Source: Octopus sinensis (taxonomy: Eukaryota). Taken from it: a DNA stretch of 64,000 nt. The stretch spans positions 12,400,001 to 12,464,000 of the forward strand of contig NC_043025.1 of the NCBI RefSeq assembly GCF_006345805.1. Reading direction: 5' to 3'. The position numbers were made by a program, and so were the translations under genes. Of this stretch, positions 47,720 through 61,710 are shown piece by piece. The notes beneath the pieces are model-generated. The model was not told the DNA's origin, did no database searches, and was given only the letters and a program-made list of their open reading frames with translations. Position 1 is the first letter of the stretch. Every line of letters starts with the position of its first letter.

Positions 47720-48594
47720 CAACCCGGCCAAAACCACCTCTGGCTCTGAGTACAAATGTCTTGTTTTCATAAGCTTTGAATTAAAATCTTCCACCAAACC
47801 TTAGTCTTCATCTCAATCGAAGGAGAGGGGCTTTCTCCGTCCGGGTTGCGGATCCGTGGGATAAGCTGTCGGACGAGATAGTGAAGATGCCGACGACCGC
47901 TCGGTTCAAAGTCTCCCTTGACCACAAATGGCCTGAACTTTTTACATGAACACCACCCTGTACATAACTCCATGTCCCCCTACATGGCCTTGCTTTTTGC
48001 TTTTTGAGCCAAAAAATTAACTTAACAATTTATGTTTTGAATTAAAATCTTCCACCAAACCTTTGTCACAATTTATGTTCCTAACACTAGCTAAATGATA
48101 ACTAAGTTATTTTATTAAATTCTTTGTTATATTTAAAATTAATTGAAAGAAACACAGAGCATCTCAACAGAAATATATGGTAACAAAAGGGTTAAGATAT
48201 ATAATAGAGAAATAATTCTTAACCCTTTTGATACCAACCTGGCTGAAACCACTTCTGGCTCTGTAGTACAAATGTCTTGTTTTCATAAGTTCTGAATTAA
48301 AATCTTCCACCAAACCTTAATCACAATTATGTTCCTAACACTAGCTTAATGATAACTAAGTTATTTTACTAAATTCTTTGTTATATTTAAAATTAATTGA
48401 AAGAAATACGGAGCATCTCAACAGAAATATGGTAACAAAAGGGTTAAAATATATAATAGAGAAACAATTCTTAACCCTTTTGTTACTAACCCGGCCAAAA
48501 CCATTTCTGGCTCTGAGTACAAATGTCTTGTTTTCATAAGTTTTGAATTAAAATCTTCCACCAAACCTTAGTCACAATTTATGTTCCTAACACC
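47720..48594. mobile_element. Tandem piggyBac-like MITEs interrupted by a CR1 fragment
   Basis: Same unit and spacer as the 21.6-kb and 59.7-kb loci. Confidence 0.8.
47805..48030 (+). mobile_element. CR1-type LINE 3' fragment
   Basis: RRRGAFSVRVADPWDKLSDEIVKMPTTARFKVSLDHKW* is the ORF2 C-terminal motif. Confidence 0.8.
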
Positions 48595-48999
48595 ATTTAT
48601 CTCTCTCCCATACAAAATCTCTCTCTCTCTGGTTCATTCCATGACATGACACACAATGACACACCCACCACAGTTCTTTCACACCCACCTACCATACCCT
48701 CACCGCACCCACCCACCACACGCCTACCATACCCCCACTACACCCACCTACCATACCCTCACCACACCCACCCACCATAACCCACGGCACCCACCCACCA
48801 TACCCCCTCTACACCTACCCAACATACCCCAGCGCACCCACTCACCATAACCCACCATACCGCACCACACACCTTCCTTTCAAGCCCACCAGTCATACTC
48901 CACCGCACCCAACCACCCCACCCCACACACACACTCCTCCCTCCCATCCACCCACACAGCACCACACCACACCACACACACAACACTTGTCTTTCTTAC

Positions 49000-49110
49000 C
49001 TCATTTTTTCTTTGTAGTCATTTATAATTTTATCTTTCTGCTCTTTGTCTTCCACCCACACATTACTGGGGGTCACGAAATTTGATGATATACGGCACTG
49101 GGGACAGCTC
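49000..49110 (-). CDS. MKRN: Makorin exon completing the RING (SCPQCRISSNFVTPSNVWVEDKEQKDKIINDYKEKM)
   Basis: Found by hand; not in the ORF track. Acceptor ttgtattatag|G, donor AG|gtaaga, 111 nt, phase 2 to phase 2. Confidence 0.93.
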
Positions 49111-49256
49111 CTATAATACAAAAAAGAGACAGAGAAAAAAAAAAAAGCAAAAAAGGTTACAAAAATTAAAAAAACAAATCCATTCGTTAACTGATCAATG
49201 GAGATTTAACCGTTTAGCACAGAGATCACCCCATCAAATGTAACGATTATTTAACA

Positions 49257-49915
49257 AGTGGACTGGTGGTACGTAAAATCACTATCCGAATCGTGGCCGC
49301 TGCCAGCACCGCCTCGACTGGCTTCCGTGCCCGTGGCACATAAAAAGCACCATCCGAATCGTGGCCGATGCCAGCGCTGCCTCGACTGGCTTCCGTGTCG
49401 GTGGCACGTAAAAAGCACCATCCGAATCGTGGCCGATGCCAAAGCCGCCTCGACTGGCTTCCGTGCCGGTGGCATGTACAAAGCACCATCCGAATAGTGG
49501 CCGATGCCAGTGCCATCTCGACTGGCTTCCGTGCCGGTGGCATGTAAAATGCACCATCCGAATAGTGGCCGATGCCAGCGCCGCCTCGACTGGCTTCCGT
49601 GCCGGTGGCATGTAAAAAGCACCATACGAATAGTGGCCGATGCCAGCGCCGCCTCGACTGGCTTCCGTGCCGGTAGCACATAAAAAGCACCATCCGATTA
49701 TGGCTGTTTGCCAGCCTCGTTTGGCACCTGTGCGGGTGGCACGTAAAAAGCACCCACTACACTCACGGAGTGGTTGGCGTTAGGAAGGGCATCAAGTTGT
49801 AGAAACAATGCCAGATAAGACCTGAGCCTGGTGCAGCCTCCTGGCTTCCCAGACCCCAGTCGAACCGTCCAACCCATGCTAGCATGGAAAACGGACGTTA
49901 AACGATGATGATGAT
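49257..49915 (+). mobile_element. SINE/retroposon family C, representative copy; others at ~3138-3895, 13405-13830, 15287-15668, 23395-23660 and 30200-30705
   Basis: Core ggttggcgttaggaagggcatccagc, 3' tail gcatggaaaacggacgttaaac(gat)n, and a variable ~60-bp tandem repeat upstream. Confidence 0.88.
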
Positions 49916-50151
49916 TTGTCTTGAATTAATCATGCATCCTTTCAATGGTGTGATTGTTTATTTTTAGAATGAGGTTATAGTATATAGGCGCAGGAGTGGC
50001 TGTGTGGTAAGTAGCTTGTTTACCAACCACATGGTTCCGGGTTCAGTCCCACTGCGTGGCATCTTGGGCAAGTGTCTTCTACTACAGCCTCGGGCTGATT
50101 AAAGCCTTGTGAGTAGATTTGGTAGACGGAAACTTAAAGAAGCCCGTCGTA

Positions 50152-50187
<36 letters not shown>

Positions 50188-50189
<2 letters not shown>

Positions 50190-53100
50190 GCATAAATTAT
50201 TTATAATATATATATAATATATGCATAAATTATTTATAATATATATATATATATATGCATAAATTATTTATAATATATATTATATATGCATAAATTATTT
50301 ATAATATATATATATATATGCATAAATTATTTATAATATATATATATATATGCATAATTATTTATAATATATATATATATATGCATAAATATTTATAATA
50401 TATATATATATATGCATAAATTATTTATAATATATATATATGCATAAATTATTTATAATATATATATATATATATGCATAAATTATTTATAATATATATA
50501 TATATGCATAAATTATTTATAATATATATATATATATGCATAAATTATTTATAATATATATATATATATGCATAAATTATTTATAATATATATATATATA
50601 TGCATAAATTATTTATAATAATATATATATATATGCATAAATATTTATAATATATATATATATGCATAAATTATTTATATATATATATATGCATAATTAT
50701 TTATAATATATATATATATATATGCATAAATATTTATAATATATATATAATATGCATAAATTATTTATAATATATATATATATATATGCATAAATTATTT
50801 ATAATATATATATATATATGCATAAATTATTTATAATATATATATATATATATGCATAAATTATTTATAATATATATATATATATGCATAAATTATTTAT
50901 AATATATATATATGCATAAATTATTTATAATATATATATATATATATGCATAAATTATTTATAATATATATATATATATGCATAAATTATTTATATATAT
51001 ATATATATATATGCATAAATTATTTATAATATATATATATATATGCATAAATTATTTATAATATATATATATATATATGCATAAATTATTTATAATATAT
51101 ATATATATGCATAATTATTTATAATATATATATATATATATGCATAAATTATTTATAATATATTATATATGCATAAATTATTTATAATATATATATATAT
51201 GCATAAATTATTTATAATATATATATATATATATATGCATAAATTATTTATAATATATATATATATATGCATAAATTATTTATAATATATATATATGCAT
51301 AAATTATTTATAATATATATATATATATATGCATAAATTATTTATAATATATATATATATATGCATAATTATTTATAATATATATATATATATGCATAAT
51401 TATTTATAATATATATATATATATGCATAAATTATTTATAATATATATATATATATATGCATAAATTATTTATAATATATATATATATATGCATAAATTA
51501 TTTATAATATATATATGCATAAATTATTTATAATATATATATATATATATGCATAAATTATTTTATAATATATATATATGCATAAATTATTTATAATATA
51601 TATATATATATATGCATAAATTATTTATAATATATATATATATGCATAAATTATTTATAATATATATATATATATGCATAAATTATTTATAATATATATA
51701 TATATATGCATAAATTATTTATAATATATATATATAATATATGCATAATTATTTATAATATATATATAATATGCATAAATTATTTATAATATTATATATA
51801 TATGCATAAATTATTTATAATATATATATGCATAAATTATTTATAATATATATATATATTATGCATAAATTATTTATAATATATATATATATATGCATAA
51901 ATTATTTATAATATATATATATATATGCATAAATATTTATAATATATATATATATATATGCATAAATTATTTATAATATATATATATATATATGCATAAA
52001 TTATTATAATATATATATATATATATATGCATAAATTATTTATAATATATATATATATGCATAAATTATTTATAATATATATATATATATGCATAAATTA
52101 TTTATAATATATATATATGCATAAATTATTTATATATATATATATATGCATAAATTATTTATAATATATAATTATATATGCATAAATTATTTATAATATA
52201 TATTATATATGCATAAATTATTTATAATATATATATATATATGCATAAATTATTTATAATATATATATATATATGCATAAATTATTTATAATATATATAT
52301 ATATATGCATAATTATTTTATAATATATATATATATGCATAAATTATTTATAATTTATATATATATATGCATAAATTATTTATAATAATATATATATATG
52401 CATAATTATTTATAATATATATAATATATATGCATAAATTATTTATAATATATATATATATGCATAAATTATTTATATATAATATATATAATGCATATTA
52501 TTTATAATATATATATATATATGCATAAATTATTTATAATATATATTATATGCATAAATTATTATATATATATATATATAGCATAAATTATTTATAATAT
52601 AATATATATATGCATAAATTATTTATAATATATATATTATATGCATAAATTATTTATAATATATATATATATATGCATAAATTATTTATAATATATATTA
52701 TATATGCATAAATTATTTATAATATATATATATGCATAAATTATTTATAATATATAATATATATATATATGCATAAATTATTTATAATATATATATTATA
52801 TATGCATAAATTATTTATAATATATATATATATATGCATAAATTATTTATAATATATATATATATATGCATAAATTATTTTATATAATATATATATATAT
52901 ATGCATAAATTATTTTATAATATATATATATATATGCATAAATTATTTATAATATATATATATATGCATAATTATTTATAATATATATATATATATATGC
53001 ATAAATTATTTATAATATATATATATATATATGCATAAATTATTTATAATTATATATATATATGCATAAATTATTTATAATATATAATATATATGCATAA

Positions 53101-53828
53101 TTATTTATAATATATAATATATATATGCATAAATTATTTATAATATATATATATATATGCATAAATTATTTATAATATATATATATATATATGCATAAAT
53201 TATTTATAATATATATATATATGCATAAATTATTTATAATATATATATGCATAAATTATTTATAATATATATATATATATATGCATAAATTATTTATAAT
53301 ATATATATATATATATGCATAAATATTTATAATATTATATATATATGCATAATTTTTTAATATATTATATATATGCATAAATTATTTATAATATATATAT
53401 ATATATGCATAAATTATTTATATATATATTATATATGCATAAATTATTTATAATATAATATATATATGCATAAATTATTTATAATATATATATATATATG
53501 CATAAATTATTTATAATATATATATATATATGCATAAATTATTTATAATATATATATATATATGCATAAATTATTTATAATATATATATATATATGCATA
53601 AATTATTTATAATATATATATATATATATGCATAAATTATTTATAATATATATATATATATGCATAAATTATTTATAATATATATATATATATGCATAAA
53701 TTATTTATAATATATATATATATTATATGCATAATTATTTATAATATATATATATATATGCATAAATTATTTATAATATATATATATATATATGCATAAA
53801 TTATTTATAATATATATATATATATATA
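50188..53828. repeat. ~30-bp AT-rich minisatellite atgcataaattatttataat(at)n, roughly 120 copies
   Basis: Directly visible. Copy number is estimated from length divided by ~30. Confidence 0.95.
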
Positions 53829-54050
53829 AAGTTAATCCAAACAAGAAAACACAGAAAAAAAGAGAAAAAACACAGCAACACGAGGACGTGGAACAATTAA
53901 AGTATTATTGGACGCTCAGGAAAGAAGGGAAGGAGGAGGGTTTGACGTTTCGAGCGGAGCTCTTCGTCGGAAACAAGGAGAAGGAAAGATCCCAAGAAGG
54001 GAAGACAGAGGAAAAAAATATTTTTGCTGGTGGTGCTCAAGAGATCACGT
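53828..54050 (-). mobile_element. Penelope-like terminal remnant with minimal hammerhead-like motif
   Basis: Minus strand 53974->53940 reads GTTT-CCGACGA-A-GAGC-tcc-GCTC-GAAAC-GTC-AAAC. Related to the 35283 family (shared 'gctcaggaa'). Confidence 0.55.
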
Positions 54051-54061
54051 GTATATATATA

Positions 54062-54123
<62 letters not shown>

Positions 54124-55265
54124 CATAGGAGTGGCTATGTGGTAATGTCAACAAGGCGGGCGAAATGCTTAGTGGTATTTCGTCTGGTCGACTTTGCCTT
54201 TCATCCTTTCGGGGTCGATAAATTAAGTACCAGTTATGCACTGGGGTCGATGTAATCGACCTAATACCTATGTCTGTCCTTGTTTCTCCCCTCTGTGTTT
54301 AGCCCCTTGTGGGTAGTAAAGAAATAGGTATTTCGTCTGCCGTTACGTTCTGAGTTCAAACTCCGCCGAGGTCGACTTTGTTTTTCATCCTTTCAGGGTC
54401 GATGAATTAAGTACCAGTTATGCACTGGGGTCGATATAATCGACTAAATCCGTTTGTCTGTCGTTGTTTGTCCCTTCTATGTTTAAGCCCCTTGTGGGCA
54501 ATAAAGAAATAGGTATTTTATCTGCCGTTACGTTCTGAGTTCAAACTCCGCCGAGGTCGACTTTGCCTTTCATCCTTTCGGGGTAGATAAATTAAGTACC
54601 AGTTATGCACTGGTGTTGATTTAATCGACTTAATCCCTTTGTCTGTCCTTGTTTGTCCCTTCTATGTTTAGCCCCTTGTGGGCAATAAAGAAATAAGAAA
54701 CTTGCTTCACAGCCACATGGTTCCGTAACTTAGCAGTTCAGCTAAAATGACCAACAAAATAAATGCCAGACTCGAGAAAAAAATAAAGACAAGGGTCAGT
54801 TTAATTCAAATGAAATTCCTCAAGGTGGTGCTCCAGCATGGCCACAGTCTAATGACGGAAACAAGTTAAAGATACCCCACTCCCCAAACACCACATTTCC
54901 ATCCCAAATATTGCTTAAGCAACCATTTGAATAGAACACAAAAGCCAACATCTGCACAATGGCCCACAAGGAGTGGACAAGAGAGAGACCTTGAACAAGT
55001 CTCACAACCATTGTGGTGGTACTAGGAAAGTGAAATAAGATAACAATGGTATCTTCTCGTAGTAAAAGTTGTCTTCCGGCTACAACTGCTCCCATGAGAA
55101 ACAATGAGGTGGAGCCAGAAGATGAATGACTAGGTTTGACACTGTCATAAGAATATACACACACCCACACGTGTGTATATGAGTGCGAATATGTATGCAT
55201 GTATATATATATGCCCCAATATTACACTATTTTCTTTAGTCAATACACTTTAAACTTATAAAATT

Positions 55266-56302
55266 CTATTATTATTATTTTTTATTATTATTATTATTAC
55301 TATTATTATTATTTTTATTATTATTTTAATTTTTATTATTACTATTATTCTTTTTATAATTATTTTATTATTATTACTATTATTATTTTTAGTATTATTT
55401 TTATATTTTTTATTTTTATTATTATTCTTTTATTATTATTATTACTATTATTATTTTTATTATTACTATTATTTTTATTATTATTTTATTATTATTTTTA
55501 TTATTATTATTACTATTATTATTTTTATTATTACTATTATTTTTATTATTATTTTATCATTATTTTTATTTTTATTATTACTATTATTATTTTATTATTA
55601 TTTTATTATTATTTTTATTTTTATTATTCTTTTATTATTATTATTACTATTATTATTTTATTATTACTATTATTTTTATTATTATTTTATTATTATTTTT
55701 ATTATTATTATTACTATTATTATTTTTATTATTACTATTATTTTTATTATTATTTTATCATTATTTTTATTTTTATTATTACTATTATTATTTTATTATT
55801 ATTTTATTATTATTTTTATTTTTATTATTTTTATTTTTATTATTACTATTATTATTATTTTTATTTTTATTATTACTATTATTATTTTTATTTTTACTAT
55901 TATTTTTACTATTATTATTTTTATTATTATTATTTTATTATTATTATTAATATTATTATTTTTATTATTATTATTTCTATTACTATTATTATTATTATTA
56001 TTGTTATTTTATTATTTTTATTATTATTACTATTATTATTTTTATTATTTTTATTATTATTATTATTTCTATTATTACTATTATTATTTTTATTATTATT
56101 ATTTTATTATTTTTATTATTATTACTATTATTATTTTTATTATCATTATTTTATTATTAATTTTATTTTTATTATTATTACTATTATTATTTTTATTACT
56201 ATTATTTTTATTATTATTACTATTATTTTTATTATTATTATTACTATTTTTTTTTATTATTACTATTATTATCATTATTATATTATTATTTTATTATTAT
56301 TA
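55266..56302. repeat. Degenerate (TAT)n tract
   Basis: Directly visible. Confidence 0.9.
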
Positions 56303-56778
56303 ATTGCAGAATTGTCGCTCATCACAGCTTCTCAAATCGTCGCAGAAATATTAATTAATGTTTCAAACACCATTTCAATAACGATTCAGTTACTTAACTA
56401 ATTTCTATATTATTTTTTTTAATTAATGGAAACAGGGGCAGCATATATCAACAGAAATATAGTCCCAAAACGTTGAAAGAAAAAATAATTATACGTTGAA
56501 CTAAAAATGTCGATCCGACAATGCAGGGGAGGCAACTCTGCATCATATCTCCCTCTCACTCTCTCTCTCTATATATATATACTAAGTAATTAAGAGTTTG
56601 GCAACGATTTGCCTTGAGGCAAATCGTTGCTAAACACTTAATTACTTAGTATTACTTAAACCTTCCTTGAATGGGGCTTTTACATGCCGAACTCTACTTG
56701 GTGAAATTAATGATTATTTCTAAATTAATTAATTTCACCCTTTATTATTATTAATAAATATATATATATATATATATA

Positions 56779-57120
56779 CTTTATTTAAAGCAGCAGAAAA
56801 TTCAACAAAACCTGTTATTCTGAGTTTCCCGTTGCCGTTCATCAGTCAGTTTTTGCTTCAACAAAACCTGTTACTCTGAGTTTTCCGTTGCCGTTCATCA
56901 GACAGTTTTTGCTTCAACAAAACCTGTTACTCTGAGTTTTCCGTTGCCGTTCATCGGACAGTTTTTGCTAGAAAAATCTGTCCGATGAACGGCAACGGGA
57001 AACTCAGAGTAACAGGTTTTGTTGAATTTTCTGCTGCTTTAAATAAAGCATATTACTCTACCACTGGTATTTGAGTACTCTTTTTTCCACCTTGTTTCAC
57101 ATTTATGTGTTTACTCCGGT
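56779..57120. mobile_element. Inverted repeat with a triplicated ~56-bp unit; probable Penelope-like terminal repeat
   Basis: Left arm tttatttaaagcagcag...ttcatcag and right arm ctgtccgatgaacggcaacgggaaactcagag...ctttaaataaa. Confidence 0.55.
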
Positions 57121-57131
57121 ATATATATATA

Positions 57132-58153
57132 CTGGGTTGTCTGGAAAGTTCGTGCCAATTTATAGTAGCTTACCTTTCAACTTATTTTAGAACATGATTG
57201 AGTCCCTAAAATAGGATTTCACTACACCTCCATTTAGAGCACAGTTTAAGCTATCTTTTCGTGGAAGAAGGTTTATGTTCCTATAACCTGTGTTAATTCT
57301 GTAACCCTTTAAAATGGAAGATAAGAAAGTTCATTTTCGGCACTTGATGCTTTGGGAACCAGACAAAAATTGCTGCAGCTCAGCTGGAATGTGTTACCCC
57401 ACCCTCCATATTCACCAGATATTGCTCCTTCGGATTTCCACTTATTTCTTATTTTTATTAGGTTGTCCGGAAAGTTTGTGCCGATTTATGGTAGCTTACC
57501 TTTCGACTTATTTTAGAACATGGTTGAGTCCCTAAAATAGGATTTGACTACACCTCCATTTAGAGCACAGTTTAAGCTATATTTTCGTGGAAGAAGGTTT
57601 ATGTTCCTATAACCTGTGTTAATTCTGTAACCCTTTAAAACGGAAGATAAGAAAGTTCATTTTCGGCACTTGATGCTTTGAGAACCAGACAAAAATTGCT
57701 GGAGTTCAGCTGGGATGTCCGGAAAGTTAGTGCCAATTTATAGCAGCTTACCTCCATTTAGAACACAGTTTAAGATATCTTTTCACGGAAGAAGGTTTAT
57801 GTTCCTATAACCTGTGTTAATTCTGTAACCCCTTAAAATGGAAGATAAGAAATTTCATTTTCGGCACTTGATGCTTTGAGAACCAGACAAAAATTGCTGC
57901 AGCTTGGCTGGGATATCCAGAAAGTTCATGCCAATTTATAGTAGCTTACCTTTCGACTTATTTTAGAACATGGTTGAGTCCCTAAAATAGGATTTCACTA
58001 CACCTCCATTTAGAGCACAGTTTAAGCTATCTTTTCGTGGAAGAAGGTTTATATTCCTATAACCTGTGTTAATTCTGTAACCCTTTAAAATGGAAGATTT
58101 TAAGTACCGAAAGTTCATTTTCGGTACTTGATGCTGTGGGAACCAGACAAAAA
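57132..58153 (+). mobile_element. Four tandem copies of an internally deleted mariner 5' end
   Basis: TIR ctgggttgtc(c)ggaaagtt and start MEDKKVHFRHLMLWE fused to RQKLLQLSWNVLPHPPYSPDIAPSDFHLF. Units start at ~57132, 57461, 57715 and 57909. Confidence 0.85.
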
Positions 58154-58271
58154 TAACTAAGGATTACATTTGACAGAGTAATCCGAATCTTAAAGGGATT
58201 AAAAGAAACACAGAAAAAAAAAAGGGGGGGGGAAGAAAAGCCCCTGGAGGGTTAGAAATCTTAAATCTTAC

Positions 58272-58480
58272 CTAATAACATCTTTATCCAGCGTAGAGGA
58301 TCTCCACTTCCGTATACAGGACAGACAGAAGGTGTGATTACAATTAGGGAGGAGGCCGAAACGGTTGTCGGGAGGTTTCTTGTCCAAGACTGTCTCCATG
58401 CAGATCGTACATTCCTTGCTTTTGCTGCCGGCCATCAGAAACGAGTACTCCATGTTCTCCTCCAGTCGTCGCATACACTC
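58272..58480 (-). CDS. MKRN: Makorin RING exon
   Basis: ECTICMETVLDKKPPDNRFGLLPNCNHTFCLSCIRKWR (C3HC4 RING). Acceptor tttttccag|GAG, donor AG|gtaaga. Confidence 0.95.
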
Positions 58481-59328
58481 CTGGAAAAACACGGCGACAA
58501 GAATGACGGTGGTGGTGGTGGTTGTGGTGGTGGTAAAGAGGGTCCGATTCAGAGGCAGGGGGGACAAAGGGATAAATAGAGGCAGAGTTGTGTGGGAGGG
58601 TGGGGAGGGGCAAAAAGGAAAATAAAGAAAATAGGCGCAGGAGTGGGTGTGTGGTAAGTAGCTTGCTTACCAACCACATGGTTCCGGGTTCATTCCCACT
58701 GCGTGGCACCTTGAGCAAGTGTTTTCTACTATAGCCTTGGTTCAACCTATTTCTTTACTACCCACAAGGGGCTAAACACAGAGGGGACAAACAAGGACAG
58801 ACAAAGGGATTAAATCGATTACATCGACCCCAGTGCGTAACTGGTACTTATTTAATCGACCCCAAAAGGATGAAAGGCAAAGTCGACCTCGGCGGAATTT
58901 GAACTCAGAACATAGCGGCAGACGAAATACCTATTTCTTTACTACCCACAAGGGGCTAAACACAGAGGGGACAAACAAGGACAGACAAACGGATTAAGTC
59001 GATTATATCGACCCCAGTGCGTAACTGGTACTTAATTTATCGACCCCGAAAGGATGAAAGGCAAAGTCGACCTCGGCGGAATTTGAACTCAGAACGTAGC
59101 GGCAGACGAAATACAGCTACGCATTTCTCCCGGCATGCTAACGTTTCTGCCAGCTCACCGCGGGTCAACCAAAGCCTTGTGAGTGGATGTTTTTTAAGTA
59201 TGAAATGGCTATGAGGGTCCATCCAAGTAAAATAGGAACTAAATGGGTCCATACGAATCCAACTGCTGCCCTACAATATCTCACAAAAAAAGCAAAAATA
59301 AAACCCAGGCATGCTTGTCACAACTCAC

Positions 59329-59630
59329 CGTCTCATGCTCCTTCCGCAGTTCCATGTTGGTCGGATGCAACACATTGGCGCCACACATCTCACAGAGGTC
59401 ACCATGTAAATAGCAACAGTTTTCCATGTCGGGGCATGCACCGTGCTCGAGATAAGGGCACAACACCTTCTCCTGGTAGATCGGATCAGGGTAGTCGAAC
59501 TTGGGGGTATACTCCGGGGCAGCGCAGTCTCCGTGGTCGGTGGTTTCCGAGGAGCCAGGATCAAACGGCTGGGGTGGCATGGCCAAAGTGCCATCCGCTT
59601 CCGCACTGAGTGCTTGTGCGTAAGTTAGAC
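59329..59630 (-). CDS. MKRN: Makorin exon with CCCH finger and Makorin Cys-His motif
   Basis: LCPYLEHGACPDMENCCYLHGDLCEMCGANVLHP. Acceptor gttatag|GT, donor ACG|gtgagt. Phases are consistent with neighbouring exons. Confidence 0.93.
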
Positions 59631-59665
59631 CTATAACAGACAGAGGAAACATAAGTTGAAAGTGT

Positions 59666-60404
59666 TTAACCCTTTTGATACTAACCCGCCTGAAACTGCC
59701 CCTGGCTCTGTAGTACAGATGTCTTGTTTACATAAGTTTTGAATTAAAATCTTCCACCAAACCTTAGTCACAATTTATGTTCCTAACACTAGCTTAAAAT
59801 GATAACTAAGTTATTTTACTAAATTCTTTGTTATATTTAAAATTAATTGAAAGAAACACAGAGCATCTCAACAGAAATATGGTAACAAAAGGGTTAAAAT
59901 ATATAATAGAGAATCAATTCTTAACCCTTTTGATACCAACCTGGCTGAAACCACCTCTGGCTCTGAGTACAAATGTCTTGTTTTCATAAGTTCTGAATTA
60001 AAATCTTCCACCAAACCTTAGTCACAATTTATGTTCCTAACACTAGCTTAATGATAACCAAGTTATTTTACTAAATTCTTTGTTATATTTAAAATTAATT
60101 GAAAGAAACACAGAGCATCTCAGCAGAAGAAATATGGTAACAAAAGGGTTAAGATATATAATAGAGAAACAATTCTTAACCCTTTTGATACCAACCTGGC
60201 TGAAACCACCTCTGGCTCTGAGTACAAATGTCTTGTTTTCTTAAGTTTTGAATTAAAATCTTCCACCAAACCTTAGTCACAATTTATGTTCCTAACACTA
60301 GCTGAATGATAACTAAGTTATTTTACTAAATTCTTTGTTATATTTAAAATTAATTGAAAGAAATACAGAGCATCTCAAAATAAATACAGTAATGGAAGGG
60401 TTAA
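59666..60404. mobile_element. Trimer of piggyBac-like MITEs
   Basis: Three TTAA-bounded copies separated by the same 23-bp spacer. Confidence 0.88.
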
Positions 60405-61084
60405 ACTAGACAATAAAAGAGTACTTAAAATAGACTGCTATTCTCTTTAAACTTTGCTTCTATCACCCGGACATCAATGTTCTCAAACTGACCTATTTCC
60501 CATTACACTTCAGACAGATTCATTGCTGAGTTGCTGAAGCAGAAATATCGTTATAACAAATATATTTCTTTACTGCCCACAAGGGGCTAAACATAGAGGG
60601 GACAAACATGGACAGACAAAGGGATTAAGTCGATTACATTGACCCCAATGCGAAACTGGTACTTTATTTATCGACCCCGAAAGGATGAAAGGCAAAGTCG
60701 ACCTTGGCGGCATTTGAACTCAGAACGTAACGGCAGACGAAATACGGCTGCTCACTGTTATAACAAATATTCTGTCCAATGCCACAGGTTTGCTTGTTGT
60801 CTTTGGTCAGTAAGTGTTATTTCCTATTTGCTTCTGTCTAGAAATCAAAGGAAATGACTACTATTCCCTTCAAACTTTGCTTTTCTGACCTGAACATCAA
60901 TGTTTTGAAATTGACCAATTTTCCATTACATTTCAGACAGATTCAGCACAGAGTTGCTGAAGCATAAATAACGTTATAGCAAATATTCTGCTCAATACCA
61001 CAGATTTGTTTGTCAGTTTCTTGACCTTAAGCAATTGAGATTTTATGTCCCTTAGTGGCTGACAAGATGTCCATCTCTGATCAT

Positions 61085-61205
61085 GAGCAAGATTTGAATC
61101 CACCAGACTATTTGGGTCACTTCAGAGCAGTCTACCAAAAGAATTCCTCATCCTAGCACTGAACACCTGAAGCAGGTTTTGAAGAAGAATGGGCCAAATT
61201 TGTCT
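61085..61205 (+). mobile_element. Short degraded Tc1/mariner transposase C-terminal remnant
   Basis: QDLNPPDY...EEEWAK-like remnants interrupted by stops. Confidence 0.35.
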
Positions 61206-61210
61206 GAACA

Positions 61211-61710
61211 TCTTTATATATAAAAGTCAAGTTCTGTGTCTGTCTCCTACGATTTAGATTCCTAACTACTCCCACATTTTGCGGTGCAGTTTAACCAAAA
61301 CCGGGTATCTTATAGTCGTGATTCATACCGAGCCCTTCTAGGTATTAGCGTGCATCTACAATGAGTCTACGATTTAAAAAAAAATTTACCATAATTTTTT
61401 TCCATTTTTACTGCATTTTTTCGCTATTATATAAGGGAAGTAACTCTCTAAAAATGTCTACGACGAGTCAACGATTTAAAAAAAAAATTACCATCATTTT
61501 TTTCCATTTTAATGCATTTTTTCGCTATTATATAAGGGAAGTAACTCTCTAAAAATGTCTACGATGAGTCAACGATTTAAAAAAAAATTTACCATCATTT
61601 TTTTCCCATTTTTGATGCATTTTTTTGCTAGTCTTTGGCTATAACTCTCTAAAAATGCTAATATAGTTATTTCCCTTACAAACCCGAGCAATGCCGGGCG
61701 ATACCGCTAG
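61211..61710 (+). mobile_element. Non-autonomous Helitron with three ~98-bp internal repeats
   Basis: A|TCTTTATATATAAAAG start and cccgagcaatgccggg...CTAG|T end. Confidence 0.85.

Noticed and set aside
48650-48985. C-rich tract (G-rich on the Makorin sense strand) as a regulatory G-quadruplex
   Set aside because: Mostly GG/GGG runs in a low-complexity (CAC/CACC) repeat, which is common in this genome. There is no specific evidence of function.
54820-55200. 126-aa minus-strand ORF as an extra Makorin exon
   Set aside because: The RING is already complete when 58272 is joined to 49110. The ORF runs from a microsatellite into a SINE and has no recognisable motif.
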